From positions 1 to 61,500 of the forward strand of contig JAGLTB010000003.1 of assembly GCA_023270155.1 (NCBI GenBank): DNA of 61,500 nt, in the 5' to 3' direction. Shown in pieces: positions 9,445 through 18,146 of the stretch (the first letter of the stretch is position 1; each line of letters begins with the position of its first letter). The notes under the pieces are model-generated. The model was not told the origin of the DNA. It saw only the letters and a program-made list of their open reading frames with translations, and did not search any database. The position numbers and the translations under genes are program-made. Origin of the DNA: Candidatus Heimdallarchaeota archaeon. GTDB lineage: Archaea > Asgardarchaeota > Heimdallarchaeia > Heimdallarchaeales > Heimdallarchaeaceae.

Positions 9445-9792
9445 GTGAACTTCAGATATGGTGATTTTGTGTCCAATAGTAACTATTCAAATAAGCGGAC
9501 AAAAAAGAACATCAACGATTTGAAAGGAGAAATTCAAAAAGAACCAATAAAGGATTTCTCCCAAACACAAGATATTGTTAAAGCACTTTCTGCTGAAATA
9601 GGATCGTTGGTTGAACAGTTTCTTGATTCTATCTACAATGTTGAGATAGCGGATAAGTTTGCAGATTCTATTATTCTTATCTACAACAAACTCAAAAAGG
9701 AAGGAATAACAAAGAAAACAGCTGAGAAGATCCTCTGTGAGTATTCAGCTAATGTTGATAAATTCGCTTCCATGTTGAAGAAAAAAGAGTAA
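9445..9792 (+). CDS. Hypothetical helical protein
   Basis: ORF only, with a GTG start. No recognisable motif. Confidence 0.35.
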   Translation: MNFRYGDFVSNSNYSNKRTKKNINDLKGEIQKEPIKDFSQTQDIVKALSAEIGSLVEQFLDSIYNVEIADKFADSIILIYNKLKKEGITKKTAEKILCEYSANVDKFASMLKKKE

Positions 9793-9849
9793 AGTAGTAA
9801 AAGATGCGATGATGCATTCATTAGGTTCAGATAAAATAAAGGTGTACCA

Positions 9850-10140
9850 ATGGGGATATTCTCAATATTCAATCCCATAGCAACTATTATCTATGGATTG
9901 ATTTTAAGGATAAAATTCAGCTGGTTTTCAAGAAAGAAAAAAAAGAAGAGAAAAACCACTCGAATCTTTCTTGAAAAAAAACTGCACGGGAAGGGATTAG
10001 AGGACAAAATAGTAGAGAGAATTATTGATAATTATCTTAGGTTCGGAGAAACGATTTTTGACAGAAAAGTAATCCATGCTGCATTTAGCATAAACAGGAC
10101 TCTAGATCCTAAAAAGGTTCAACAAAAAAATAACAGATGA
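9850..10140 (+). CDS. Hypothetical protein with N-terminal TM helix and polybasic stretch
   Basis: Hydrophobic N-terminus followed by SRKKKKKRKTTR. No family recognised. Confidence 0.35.
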   Translation: MGIFSIFNPIATIIYGLILRIKFSWFSRKKKKKRKTTRIFLEKKLHGKGLEDKIVERIIDNYLRFGETIFDRKVIHAAFSINRTLDPKKVQQKNNR

Positions 10141-10214
10141 AACTTTCAATAAAGTGTTGGGAGTAGCAGATTCGCACTTTCACAATCTTTATTTTATATT
10201 GGAATATACCTCCC

Positions 10215-10913
10215 TTGGGTTATTCTATGTCAAAACCAAGAAAACATAAAGGAGAGACTATCTATAATTATCTTCCTGAATATCTACCTTCTATTGATAC
10301 CGGGAATCCAATTTTTGTAAAACTACCTTCGGATAGAAAAGATACTAGATTGAAAGATGTTGAAAGAGAAATAATACAATATTGGGAAATCATTCATCCT
10401 CTTGTAAAAGAGTATGTAGTCATGCTAATCAAATATGTAAATGACCTAGGAGAGGGAACAGAAGAAGTTGATCATCTCAAAAGATCTTTAGAGTTGGAAA
10501 TCAATAATTCAGCAGAATTATCAGATGAGAATCGCAAACTGAAAGCTCAAATTTCAGATTTAGTTATTGATAAGAGGGGATTAGATGAGAAAATTCAAGA
10601 TATGATAAAAGCAAGACCTTCAATCACTGCAGAAGAAGTTAATGCTTTGAAAATGTTGACTTCATCACAATACAATGTCTCATCAAACGATCTTGAAAAC
10701 CTATTGAAACAAGCTGTTCAAGAGGTTAGAGAGAGTGAAGAAATTAAGAAAGCGAGAGAAGAGAGAGACAAGATGCAAAAAGAGCTTGAGGATGCAAAAA
10801 AGAACTTCGAAAAAATACAAGCAGAAGTTGGAGAAACGTTTCAGAAACAACTGCTAACAAGTCAAGCTAGAATTGATGAGTTAGAAGAAGAATTAGAGAA
10901 GCTAAGAAACTGA
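10215..10913 (+). CDS. Coiled-coil protein co-transcribed with the Rab-like GTPase
   Basis: An N-terminal segment of about 90 aa that looks globular, then long heptad-like Glu/Lys/Leu-rich sequence to the C-terminus. The stop lies 6 nt before the next gene. Confidence 0.6.
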   Translation: MGYSMSKPRKHKGETIYNYLPEYLPSIDTGNPIFVKLPSDRKDTRLKDVEREIIQYWEIIHPLVKEYVVMLIKYVNDLGEGTEEVDHLKRSLELEINNSAELSDENRKLKAQISDLVIDKRGLDEKIQDMIKARPSITAEEVNALKMLTSSQYNVSSNDLENLLKQAVQEVRESEEIKKAREERDKMQKELEDAKKNFEKIQAEVGETFQKQLLTSQARIDELEEELEKLRN

Positions 10914-10919
10914 TATAAG

Positions 10920-11660
10920 GTGAATAAGTTGACTAAATGGAATTTTAAGGTTGTATTAGCTGGCGATGGTGCTGTTGGGAAGACTTCAATTCGAGAGAGA
11001 TTTATGGGTAAAGGATTTTCTACAGATTATCTTAAAACAATTGGAGCAGATTTTGCTAGCAAAAAAGTAGAGATTGAGGATAATCACATATCCTTCCAAA
11101 TATGGGATTTAGCAGGGCAAGAAAGTTATCAAGCTGTGCGAGGGACATTCTATAAGGGAGCAACTGCAGCGCTTATTGTTTTTGATGTTCAGGATTCTAC
11201 TACTATGACGAATATCAAGAATTGGTTGGAAGAAGCTATTAAAGGTTCAAATAATGGTATTTTAGTCTATTTTATTATTGCAAACAAAGTTGATCTAGTT
11301 GATAGCAGAAGAGTTTCAAGAGAAATGGCTTTAGATTTCTGTACTCGTATAGATGCTGAAACAGGAATTAGATTTTATTATTGTGAGACAAGTGCACTTT
11401 CCGGTCAGAATATTCAAGAAACATTCGATTTTCTAGCTCATAAACTATTAGAAGCAAATAACATTAAAATCCTCACAAAACTTCCTACAGTTGAGGGGAT
11501 TCTGGATACTAGAGAGACGAAACAAGAGGTAATGCTTTCCAATGAAGAATTTGCTTCGAAAAAGGAGTTAGAGGATATAGAAGGCAGAATCAATAAACTC
11601 GAGAAGAAACTAGACACAATGCATGCTATATTAACAAAGATTATTGAAAAAATCCAATAA
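10920..11660 (+). CDS. Rab/Ras-superfamily small GTPase with C-terminal coiled coil, no prenylation Cys
   Basis: G1 GDGAVGKT; switch I TIGADF (Rab-like); G3 WDLAGQE; G4 NKVD; G5 ETSA. The C-terminal 50 aa or so are coiled-coil-like and end in IEKIQ. Start is GTG 10920 or TTG 10929, after GGTGA at 10918. Confidence 0.9.
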   Translation: MNKLTKWNFKVVLAGDGAVGKTSIRERFMGKGFSTDYLKTIGADFASKKVEIEDNHISFQIWDLAGQESYQAVRGTFYKGATAALIVFDVQDSTTMTNIKNWLEEAIKGSNNGILVYFIIANKVDLVDSRRVSREMALDFCTRIDAETGIRFYYCETSALSGQNIQETFDFLAHKLLEANNIKILTKLPTVEGILDTRETKQEVMLSNEEFASKKELEDIEGRINKLEKKLDTMHAILTKIIEKIQ

Positions 11661-11663
11661 AGG

Positions 11664-12977
11664 CTATTTAGTAACCTTTGTTCCACAATCAGTACAAAAT
11701 TCCGCTCCATCAATTAATATTGTTGAGCAGGTTGGGCACAATACTTCTCTTTCAGGATGATTACTAAAAACATCTTCAGTATCATCGTTATTCTTACCAA
11801 TTGTTTTAGATTTCACTTGATTTTGTATCCACATTACATCTGGGGGTTCAATATAGTCTAGCATAAGCTTCTCATAATAAGCAAAAGTGTTAACATCACT
11901 TAAGGAAACGAAAGCAAAATTCAGGGTTAGAAGTATTGTCATAAAAACGAATAGGATGACACTCCAAGTGGAAATTGTAGGTTCTAAAGCGGGTGAGAAA
12001 AGACCTGAAAATGCTTCAATTACAAAACTTAAGCTCCCTATTATGAAAACAGAAGGTAACAGAAAGGTGAAACCAATTAATTCAAGACTCCTTTTTATGC
12101 TTAACTTGGGGAATTGACCTGCATCATGCAAATTCTGTAGCAAGCTTGATTCTCTTAAAGAACTTAGAACCTTCGAGATTCTTAAGGGAGGAGAAACTAT
12201 GGATATTATAAATACTAATACAAACGAAAGAGCATAAATTGTAGTTGTTTGGTTGATAACAGAAGACATACCTCTGATCACACCATAACATGCAGCAACA
12301 ATCAGTCCAATAATTGCAAGATGTATACTCTGTAGAGAGAGATAAGAGAGAAAACTCTTCTTGTTTATCTTAATCCCTATTTCCTTCTTCTTTTCAAGAA
12401 TAACTGCAGTTTTCTGATTTAAAGCGTAAGCTGCTAAAGAAGAAAATACTATAGAGACTAGTAAGATAGAAGGAACCGACCATAAAGATGGTACTAAATT
12501 AAAAACCATTATTCCTATTAAACCAACTTGAAGAAGAAGAAGAATAGCTGATACCAAACTTAATGATCCAATAATAAGCATATCAATGATAGTTAACTTT
12601 TTGATAAGGCTAAAATCGACTCTTATTGGTTTAAAACTATCGTTGTAATTAATTTGCCCTTTCATTTGCAGAGGTATAATAGAATCTGTTAGCTTCCAAG
12701 CATATTGAGAATCTCCTATAAAATCCTCTTCTTGTGCAGCATTTGTTTCAACAGGTTCATCTCTAAAAACCGGTTTATGTGAAGGGCTTTGAAAAGAGTG
12801 ATAAGCAGGATTTGCGGGGCTTTCTGAATTTTCTGAGACCTGGGTCTGAAGCTCAGTACCACATACGGGACAAAATATCACTTTAGGAGGTAATAACGAA
12901 TAGCATATAGGACACTTCTTCATAGAAATGTTACTCACCCAATTTATCTCTTCTTTATTATTTATAGTATTCAGCAA
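11664..12977 (-). CDS. Polytopic membrane protein capped by N- and C-terminal zinc ribbons
   Basis: CPICYS...CPVCG at the N-terminus and CPTCST...CTDCG at the C-terminus. About 8 hydrophobic helices lie between them. Confidence 0.65.
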   Translation of the reverse strand: MLNTINNKEEINWVSNISMKKCPICYSLLPPKVIFCPVCGTELQTQVSENSESPANPAYHSFQSPSHKPVFRDEPVETNAAQEEDFIGDSQYAWKLTDSIIPLQMKGQINYNDSFKPIRVDFSLIKKLTIIDMLIIGSLSLVSAILLLLQVGLIGIMVFNLVPSLWSVPSILLVSIVFSSLAAYALNQKTAVILEKKKEIGIKINKKSFLSYLSLQSIHLAIIGLIVAACYGVIRGMSSVINQTTTIYALSFVLVFIISIVSPPLRISKVLSSLRESSLLQNLHDAGQFPKLSIKRSLELIGFTFLLPSVFIIGSLSFVIEAFSGLFSPALEPTISTWSVILFVFMTILLTLNFAFVSLSDVNTFAYYEKLMLDYIEPPDVMWIQNQVKSKTIGKNNDDTEDVFSNHPEREVLCPTCSTILIDGAEFCTDCGTKVTK

Positions 12978-13083
12978 TACCTACATATTATGAGAAGGAT
13001 AACCTAAGAATAGAGAAATTGTAAAATCCCCATTTCGAGCACTTTAAATAATTCTTTGTGGGAATCTAATCTGGTTACAATAA

Positions 13084-14562
13084 ATGAACGATTCCCCTCA
13101 AGATGAACCTCAAACATTCGCAAGCTTTCTAAATCTAGTTAAAAAACTTGAGAAAGTTGTCCAAGAAACTCCAGAACTATCCATGGGAGAGAAAGAAAAA
13201 GAGGAGGAGGCTAAAGGAATTAGTGAAGATAGATCAGCTTCTGAAGAACTTGCATCAGCACAAATAGTAAAAGAGAGTGAATTGGAAGGAGTTGAAAAAC
13301 ACACTGATAAAATAAAGAAGGAAGATGTGCAAATAAAGACAAATGGAAAAGGTAAGCTGAAAGAAAGTACAATCGAATATTTACTAAAAATAGAGGAACA
13401 ACTAATTCAGCATTATTCAGGTACAGAAGTACAGTTAGAAGATTTTTACTTCAAGATTGAAGATATAAGTGATGAACAGATAGTTAGAAAGATAAAATCA
13501 AAATTTCATTCCATGGAAAACATTTCCCTAAGGAAAAAACTCAATGTAGGATTTCCTTTTGCTTTGTTCAAAATTGATGGAAAATATAAAATCACAGTTC
13601 CTATAAGCACAGGAGAGATGGCAATACCCACATATGTGGAGGGTTCAAGAAAGCATCTTAAACTACAGTCAATTGGAACTAAAGAAATACCAACTTTAGA
13701 CTCAGATGAGATTAACATCTGGAATCAAGCAATGAGTAAGTTGCAGTTAAAAATTACACAGATACTTAATTATAAAGCAAAAGATGACCTTAGTAAAATC
13801 AATCCGGAAAACATTCAATTAGTTGAAGCGGATATTATTACAATTCAAGAATTCATAAAAGGATACGAGAAAAAAATAAAAGATGTAAAAAGCTTCAGTG
13901 TTGAAATTTACAAGTTTTTGGAAGATTTAAAACAAAATATTTCAGATGGAAAGGGGTTATGGAAGGATTTCGAAGAGTTTCTCGAAGCTTCAACAAATCT
14001 TAAAGAGCAAATAGAAAGTCTACAGAAAAAGCACCAAGAATTAAGCAAAGAGACACAGATAGAGTATCTAAAACTTAGAAAAGAACAAAGGCAAATTAAT
14101 GGAAAAACTAAGAGGTATAAGATAGAAGAAAAAAGAGGGAAGGAAATAACAAGAGAAAAGAAAAAAGAATTGGTAACAAATTTGAGAGAATTTCAAAGCA
14201 AAAAAAAGCATCTGCAAAGAGATATTGATAAAACAAAGGAAATTCAAGACACAGTTGATCTATGGAACGAAATTTTACTGACAGAGGACCAGCAAACTGC
14301 TACACAAAAAATCAGAGAAAATTATGATTTAGCTTTGTTTTCATCTATTAATGGATTGTTGGAAGAAGGAGCAAGTGAAGAGATTTTTGGCAATATAAGA
14401 GAATATGAAACATCGATTGATAAGATTACCATTCATGTAATATACATTCCAGCAACCATTTGTGAATTTCGAGCAGTTCAAAAAGAGAAAAAGATTGAAG
14501 GAAAAATAGCATACTTTAATTTAACAAAAGAAATTACCTTCTTCAAACCGACCTTAGTATAA
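13084..14562 (+). CDS. Large Lys/Glu-rich coiled-coil protein, unknown function
   Basis: 492-aa ORF with long charged helical segments and two short regions that look globular. Confidence 0.55.
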   Translation: MNDSPQDEPQTFASFLNLVKKLEKVVQETPELSMGEKEKEEEAKGISEDRSASEELASAQIVKESELEGVEKHTDKIKKEDVQIKTNGKGKLKESTIEYLLKIEEQLIQHYSGTEVQLEDFYFKIEDISDEQIVRKIKSKFHSMENISLRKKLNVGFPFALFKIDGKYKITVPISTGEMAIPTYVEGSRKHLKLQSIGTKEIPTLDSDEINIWNQAMSKLQLKITQILNYKAKDDLSKINPENIQLVEADIITIQEFIKGYEKKIKDVKSFSVEIYKFLEDLKQNISDGKGLWKDFEEFLEASTNLKEQIESLQKKHQELSKETQIEYLKLRKEQRQINGKTKRYKIEEKRGKEITREKKKELVTNLREFQSKKKHLQRDIDKTKEIQDTVDLWNEILLTEDQQTATQKIRENYDLALFSSINGLLEEGASEEIFGNIREYETSIDKITIHVIYIPATICEFRAVQKEKKIEGKIAYFNLTKEITFFKPTLV

Positions 14563-14630
14563 TGAAAGAATAGGTTCGTTTTTTATGTCATTAAACACAT
14601 TTATTAGTGCTTCTTTTTCTATTTAATCAG

Positions 14631-15413
14631 ATGACGAGAAACATTGTGGTCTGTAAAAACCTAACAAAAACGTTTCAAGTAGGTAATAGCACAGTTCATG
14701 CAGTTAATGGATTGTCTGTGGATTTTAGGGAAGGTGAATTCTCTTCAATTGTTGGACCAAGCGGGAGCGGGAAGACTACATTGTTAAATCTAATTGGAAC
14801 GCTAGAGATTCCAACCACTGGAAGCATTACAATCAATGGAACTAATCTAAATAAATTTACCAAGGCAGATTCAGCTAAATCTGAGACAAAGAAAGGAGTC
14901 AAAGGGAAAATTAAATCTTTGCAGAGGAGACAGACTACATCAGAATTAACTAACTTCAGAAGAAAAAATTTGGGGTTTGTTTTTCAATTCTTTAATCTAG
15001 TCGAAGGATTAACAAGCTTTGAGAATATAGAGTTACCCCTGGTTTTTGATTCCATCCCATACGAAACCAGAAAAAAGAAAGTTGATGGAATTATTGAGGA
15101 ATTTAAATTAAATTATCTTAGGGATAAATTCCCAGAAGAATTGAGCTCAGGAGAAAGACAAAGAGTAGCAATTATGAGAGCTCTGATTAACGACCCATTC
15201 TTGCTTCTAGCAGATGAACCAACGGGAAATTTGGATACAAAAACTGGACAAACTATACTGGATTTATTTCACGAGCTTAACAAAGAAAAGGGTACTGCAA
15301 TTATACTAGTAACTCATGATCTCTCAGCAGCAAAAAGAGCAAGAAGAATCTTACACATGCATGACGGAAAAATTTCGTTTGACCAAATCAACGAAGAACT
15401 CGAGATAGAGTAA
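14631..15413 (+). CDS. ABC transporter ATP-binding protein (LolD/MacB/FtsE-like), no cognate permease adjacent
   Basis: Walker A GPSGSGKTT, Q-loop FVFQ, signature LSSGERQR, Walker B LLLADEPT, H-loop VTHD. Start placed at MTRNIVV. Confidence 0.9.
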   Translation: MTRNIVVCKNLTKTFQVGNSTVHAVNGLSVDFREGEFSSIVGPSGSGKTTLLNLIGTLEIPTTGSITINGTNLNKFTKADSAKSETKKGVKGKIKSLQRRQTTSELTNFRRKNLGFVFQFFNLVEGLTSFENIELPLVFDSIPYETRKKKVDGIIEEFKLNYLRDKFPEELSSGERQRVAIMRALINDPFLLLADEPTGNLDTKTGQTILDLFHELNKEKGTAIILVTHDLSAAKRARRILHMHDGKISFDQINEELEIE

Positions 15414-15601
15414 TACTCGTTTTAGACGAATTAGAATGCATTCTCACGCTTTGGCAGAGATAGACCGTAATTTAAGGAGTATATATACTTTTCCCAGCAC
15501 CTCTTCAGAAGTCTTATAAAGGCATGTTAGTCATTTTTCATAACACGGAGTAAAAATTACTCCTACAAAGTGTTAAATATATTCTTCGCGGAGTATTTAT
15601 C

Positions 15602-16609
15602 ATGTCGCTAAGAGGTTATATAATTAGAAGAGTCATTTATATAGTCCCTGTTATTCTAGGCGTAACTTTGATGAACTTTACACTAATTAACATAAGTCCA
15701 GGAGACCCAGTAATTATACGGATTGGGCTTATACACTGTGAAACAGAAGATTGTTACAACGCTGCGTATAATAGAGAAGCAATAAATATGGGATTATTAG
15801 ATAGTAATCTATATACAGTACCTTGGTTTAAACGATATATCGACTTTGTGAGTGATCTGCTGAGGTTAGATTTTGGTACTAGTTGGTACTACACCAGAGC
15901 GGGTCAGGGTAGACCTATAGCGCAAATTATTTCAGAACATGCAAAATATACTATTATTCTGAATATAGTATCATTCTTTGCATCATTATTGTTGGCTACA
16001 GCAATAGGAGTGGTTTCAGCCACAAGACAAAATTCGTTCTGGGATAGATCATTAACTGTAGCAATGCTATTAGGTTATGCTATGCCCCTATTTTGGTTAG
16101 CAAAACTAATTATGTTAGTATCATTTTATCTGTTCGATTTCACTGGAGTAGCAGAAGGAGATGCGTTCACTGAACCGATCTTACTGAATGGGCAGTTTTA
16201 CAAATTTCTGATACTGCCAGCACTAGCTCTAACAATTGGAGGGCTAGTATTTATGGCAAGATTGGTACGATCTCAACTGCTGGAAATCCTAAGACAGGAT
16301 TATATTACGACGGCGAAAGCGAAAGGTCTAGACAGCAGATCAGTAATTTACAAACACGCTTTTAGAAATGGATTATTACCAATAGTTACTATTATTGGAA
16401 GCTCCTTGCCAGGATTACTCGGAGGATCAGTTATGATCGAACGAGTCTTCGGTTGGCCAGGGCTAGGAACAATATTTCTTAACGGAGCATTATTCAGGGA
16501 CTACCCTTTAATGATGGCTACGAACACGATCTTCCCATTCCTTTTCCTAATAGCTAGATTACTGACGGACATTACGTATGTATTCATTGACCCGAGGATC
16601 AAATATTAA
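15602..16609 (+). CDS. Peptide/nickel ABC transporter permease (OppB/DppB type)
   Basis: N-terminus YIIRRVIYIVPVILGVTLMNF and the C-terminal DPRI motif are typical of OppB/DppB. Confidence 0.9.
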   Translation: MSLRGYIIRRVIYIVPVILGVTLMNFTLINISPGDPVIIRIGLIHCETEDCYNAAYNREAINMGLLDSNLYTVPWFKRYIDFVSDLLRLDFGTSWYYTRAGQGRPIAQIISEHAKYTIILNIVSFFASLLLATAIGVVSATRQNSFWDRSLTVAMLLGYAMPLFWLAKLIMLVSFYLFDFTGVAEGDAFTEPILLNGQFYKFLILPALALTIGGLVFMARLVRSQLLEILRQDYITTAKAKGLDSRSVIYKHAFRNGLLPIVTIIGSSLPGLLGGSVMIERVFGWPGLGTIFLNGALFRDYPLMMATNTIFPFLFLIARLLTDITYVFIDPRIKY

Positions 16610-16618
16610 GGTGAACAA

Positions 16619-17680
16619 ATGGCAACTATTGAAAATATTGAAACTGACGAATTCATTTTAGACGAAAAAACCTTAAGAGAAATCGAAACCATGAAAGGTG
16701 CTAATCAATGGTCTATTGTTTGGAGACGTATCAAGAAAGACAAAATGGGGATGTTAGGTCTCTATATTGTTACCTTTCTCATACTCATGGCTTTTGTCTC
16801 ATGGATACTTCTACAACTAGACGAATGGTTAACACATGCAGGTTTACTTTATGGAGATCCAAACCTTATATCAAGTCTAAACAATCTGTATGTTGAATTA
16901 TGGATACCTGGAGTAAGCAAATCAAATCCTATTGTTTTATTCAACCATCCTACCTACCAGTTCGCTGATCAAGTAAAACTTCCACCATCATTTATTCACC
17001 CATTTGGTACAGATGCCAATGGTCAAGACATGTTATCCAGAGTTTTCTTTGGAGCAACAAATTCATTAGCTCTTGGTTTTATAGGTCAGATGACGACGGT
17101 AATTATTGGTACCGTTTTGGGTTCTATAGCAGGATTTTATGGAGGAATTATTGACGATATTTTACAAAGAGTAATCGAACTACTCTACTCTATGCCCCAA
17201 TTTATTTTAATGATCTTCATCATCGTTCTTTTCGAAGACATTCAAGTACCGGGTGGTAAGTATGCGGTAGTAGTTATTTTCTTCGCCCTTATTGGGTGGG
17301 GAGGTACGGCATTGATTATTCGGTCAAACTTCTTCTCGCTAAAAGAACAGGATTTTGTGGAGGCAGAACGGGCGCTAGGAGCGTCGGATATGAGGATTAT
17401 TTTCAAACATATTCTTCCGAATTCACTAGCACCATTGATTATTATCGTAACGCTAGGTATAGCAGGTACAATCTTTCTATTCGCAGCCTTAGCCTTCTTC
17501 GGCTTTGGTGACGCAACCATTGTTTCCTGGGGTGACGATCTTAACAAATGGCAAGATCAATTGCTAGAGTATCCGTGGATGCCCATGTTCCCGGCTTTGT
17601 TCATTTTCTTTACGGTATTAGGATTCAATCTATTTGGTGACTCTTTAAGAGATGCTTTAGATCCAAGACTGAAGGATTAA
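16619..17680 (+). CDS. Peptide/nickel ABC transporter permease (OppC/DppC type)
   Basis: EAA-like loop EAERALGASDMRIIFKHILPN and C-terminal GDSLRDALDPRL. GGTGA SD lies 4 nt upstream of the ATG. Confidence 0.9.
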   Translation: MATIENIETDEFILDEKTLREIETMKGANQWSIVWRRIKKDKMGMLGLYIVTFLILMAFVSWILLQLDEWLTHAGLLYGDPNLISSLNNLYVELWIPGVSKSNPIVLFNHPTYQFADQVKLPPSFIHPFGTDANGQDMLSRVFFGATNSLALGFIGQMTTVIIGTVLGSIAGFYGGIIDDILQRVIELLYSMPQFILMIFIIVLFEDIQVPGGKYAVVVIFFALIGWGGTALIIRSNFFSLKEQDFVEAERALGASDMRIIFKHILPNSLAPLIIIVTLGIAGTIFLFAALAFFGFGDATIVSWGDDLNKWQDQLLEYPWMPMFPALFIFFTVLGFNLFGDSLRDALDPRLKD

Positions 17681-17696
17681 GACACCTTCTTTCAAA

Positions 17697-17725
17697 CCCT
17701 TTTTTCTTTTTCAGTTTGTTTTTAG
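17697..17725 (+). terminator. Oligo-T tracts directly after the OppC-type gene (archaeal-type termination signal)
   Basis: CCCTTTTTTCTTTTTCAGTTTGTTTTT has three T5-T6 runs within 30 nt downstream of the stop codon. Confidence 0.4.
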
Positions 17726-17770
17726 TTGGAATGATTTTCTCTCCTTTTTTAATCAATTTACAGATTATAA

Positions 17771-17998
17771 CATGCTTTTTGTACATTTTTTTTGGTGTTT
17801 AAATAAGACAGTGTAAATTATACGTTGAAGGATTGTAGCTATGTACCTGTTCCATGGTGATCCTCGGGGCTACATCCAACGAACATTAAAAAGCGAACCG
17901 TAAGCATCTTTGTAAGAAGATGTGGGCGGTGTAGGAGGGGATGTGGCATCCCCATGATGTGCCCTAGGCACTTCTAAAGAATTTGTACAAAATTCATG
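17771..17998. ncRNA. Candidate structured RNA or MITE-like element (GC-rich island bounded by 15-nt inverted repeats)
   Basis: Outer repeat: 17771-17785 CATGCTTTTTGTACA against 17984-17998 TGTACAAAATTCATG (13/15 complementary). Helix A: 17830-17839 with 17869-17877. Hairpin 17897-17930 has a GUAA tetraloop. Hairpin 17937-17953 is GGGGATG/CATCCCC. Hairpin 17959-17971 is GTGCC/GGCAC. By hand count the core is about 50% G+C, within very AT-rich flanks. Confidence 0.45.
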
Positions 17999-18146
17999 TC
18001 ATAGTTTGATAAGCTCCTCTTGCTTATCATATCCTTTGGTAGACTATATTTCCAAAACCGGATGTAGACCATTCACAGGGAGGGAGAGGTTTTTATTGAA
18101 AAATTTTTGTGTATTTAAAGTAATTTGCCTATAATATATTGGGAAA

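Noticed and set aside
15434-15601. Palindromes and repeats upstream of the OppB-type gene: GAATGCATTC, AGTATATATACT (15478-89), the GGAGTAA-AAA-TTACTCC hairpin (15547-63), and GGAGTA three times. A similar AGTAATATTACT lies at 60465-76.
   Set aside because: Short AT-rich palindromes are expected by chance in this composition, and one GGAG is probably the SD. They may be operators, but I cannot support that from the sequence alone.
17897-17930. The GNRA-capped 14-position hairpin resembles group II intron domain V, which suggested an ORF-less group II intron in the operon spacer.
   Set aside because: The internal loop is a symmetric AA/GG rather than the 2-nt 3'-side bulge. There is no clear AGC triad in register, no GUGYG 5' end upstream, no domain VI bulged A that I could place, and no reverse transcriptase ORF. 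It is kept only as part of the generic structured-RNA candidate.
17953-17980. CAUGAUGU looked like a C box of a C/D-box sRNA.
   Set aside because: It is not an exact RUGAUGA, and no CUGA D box or terminal stem lies in the expected position downstream.
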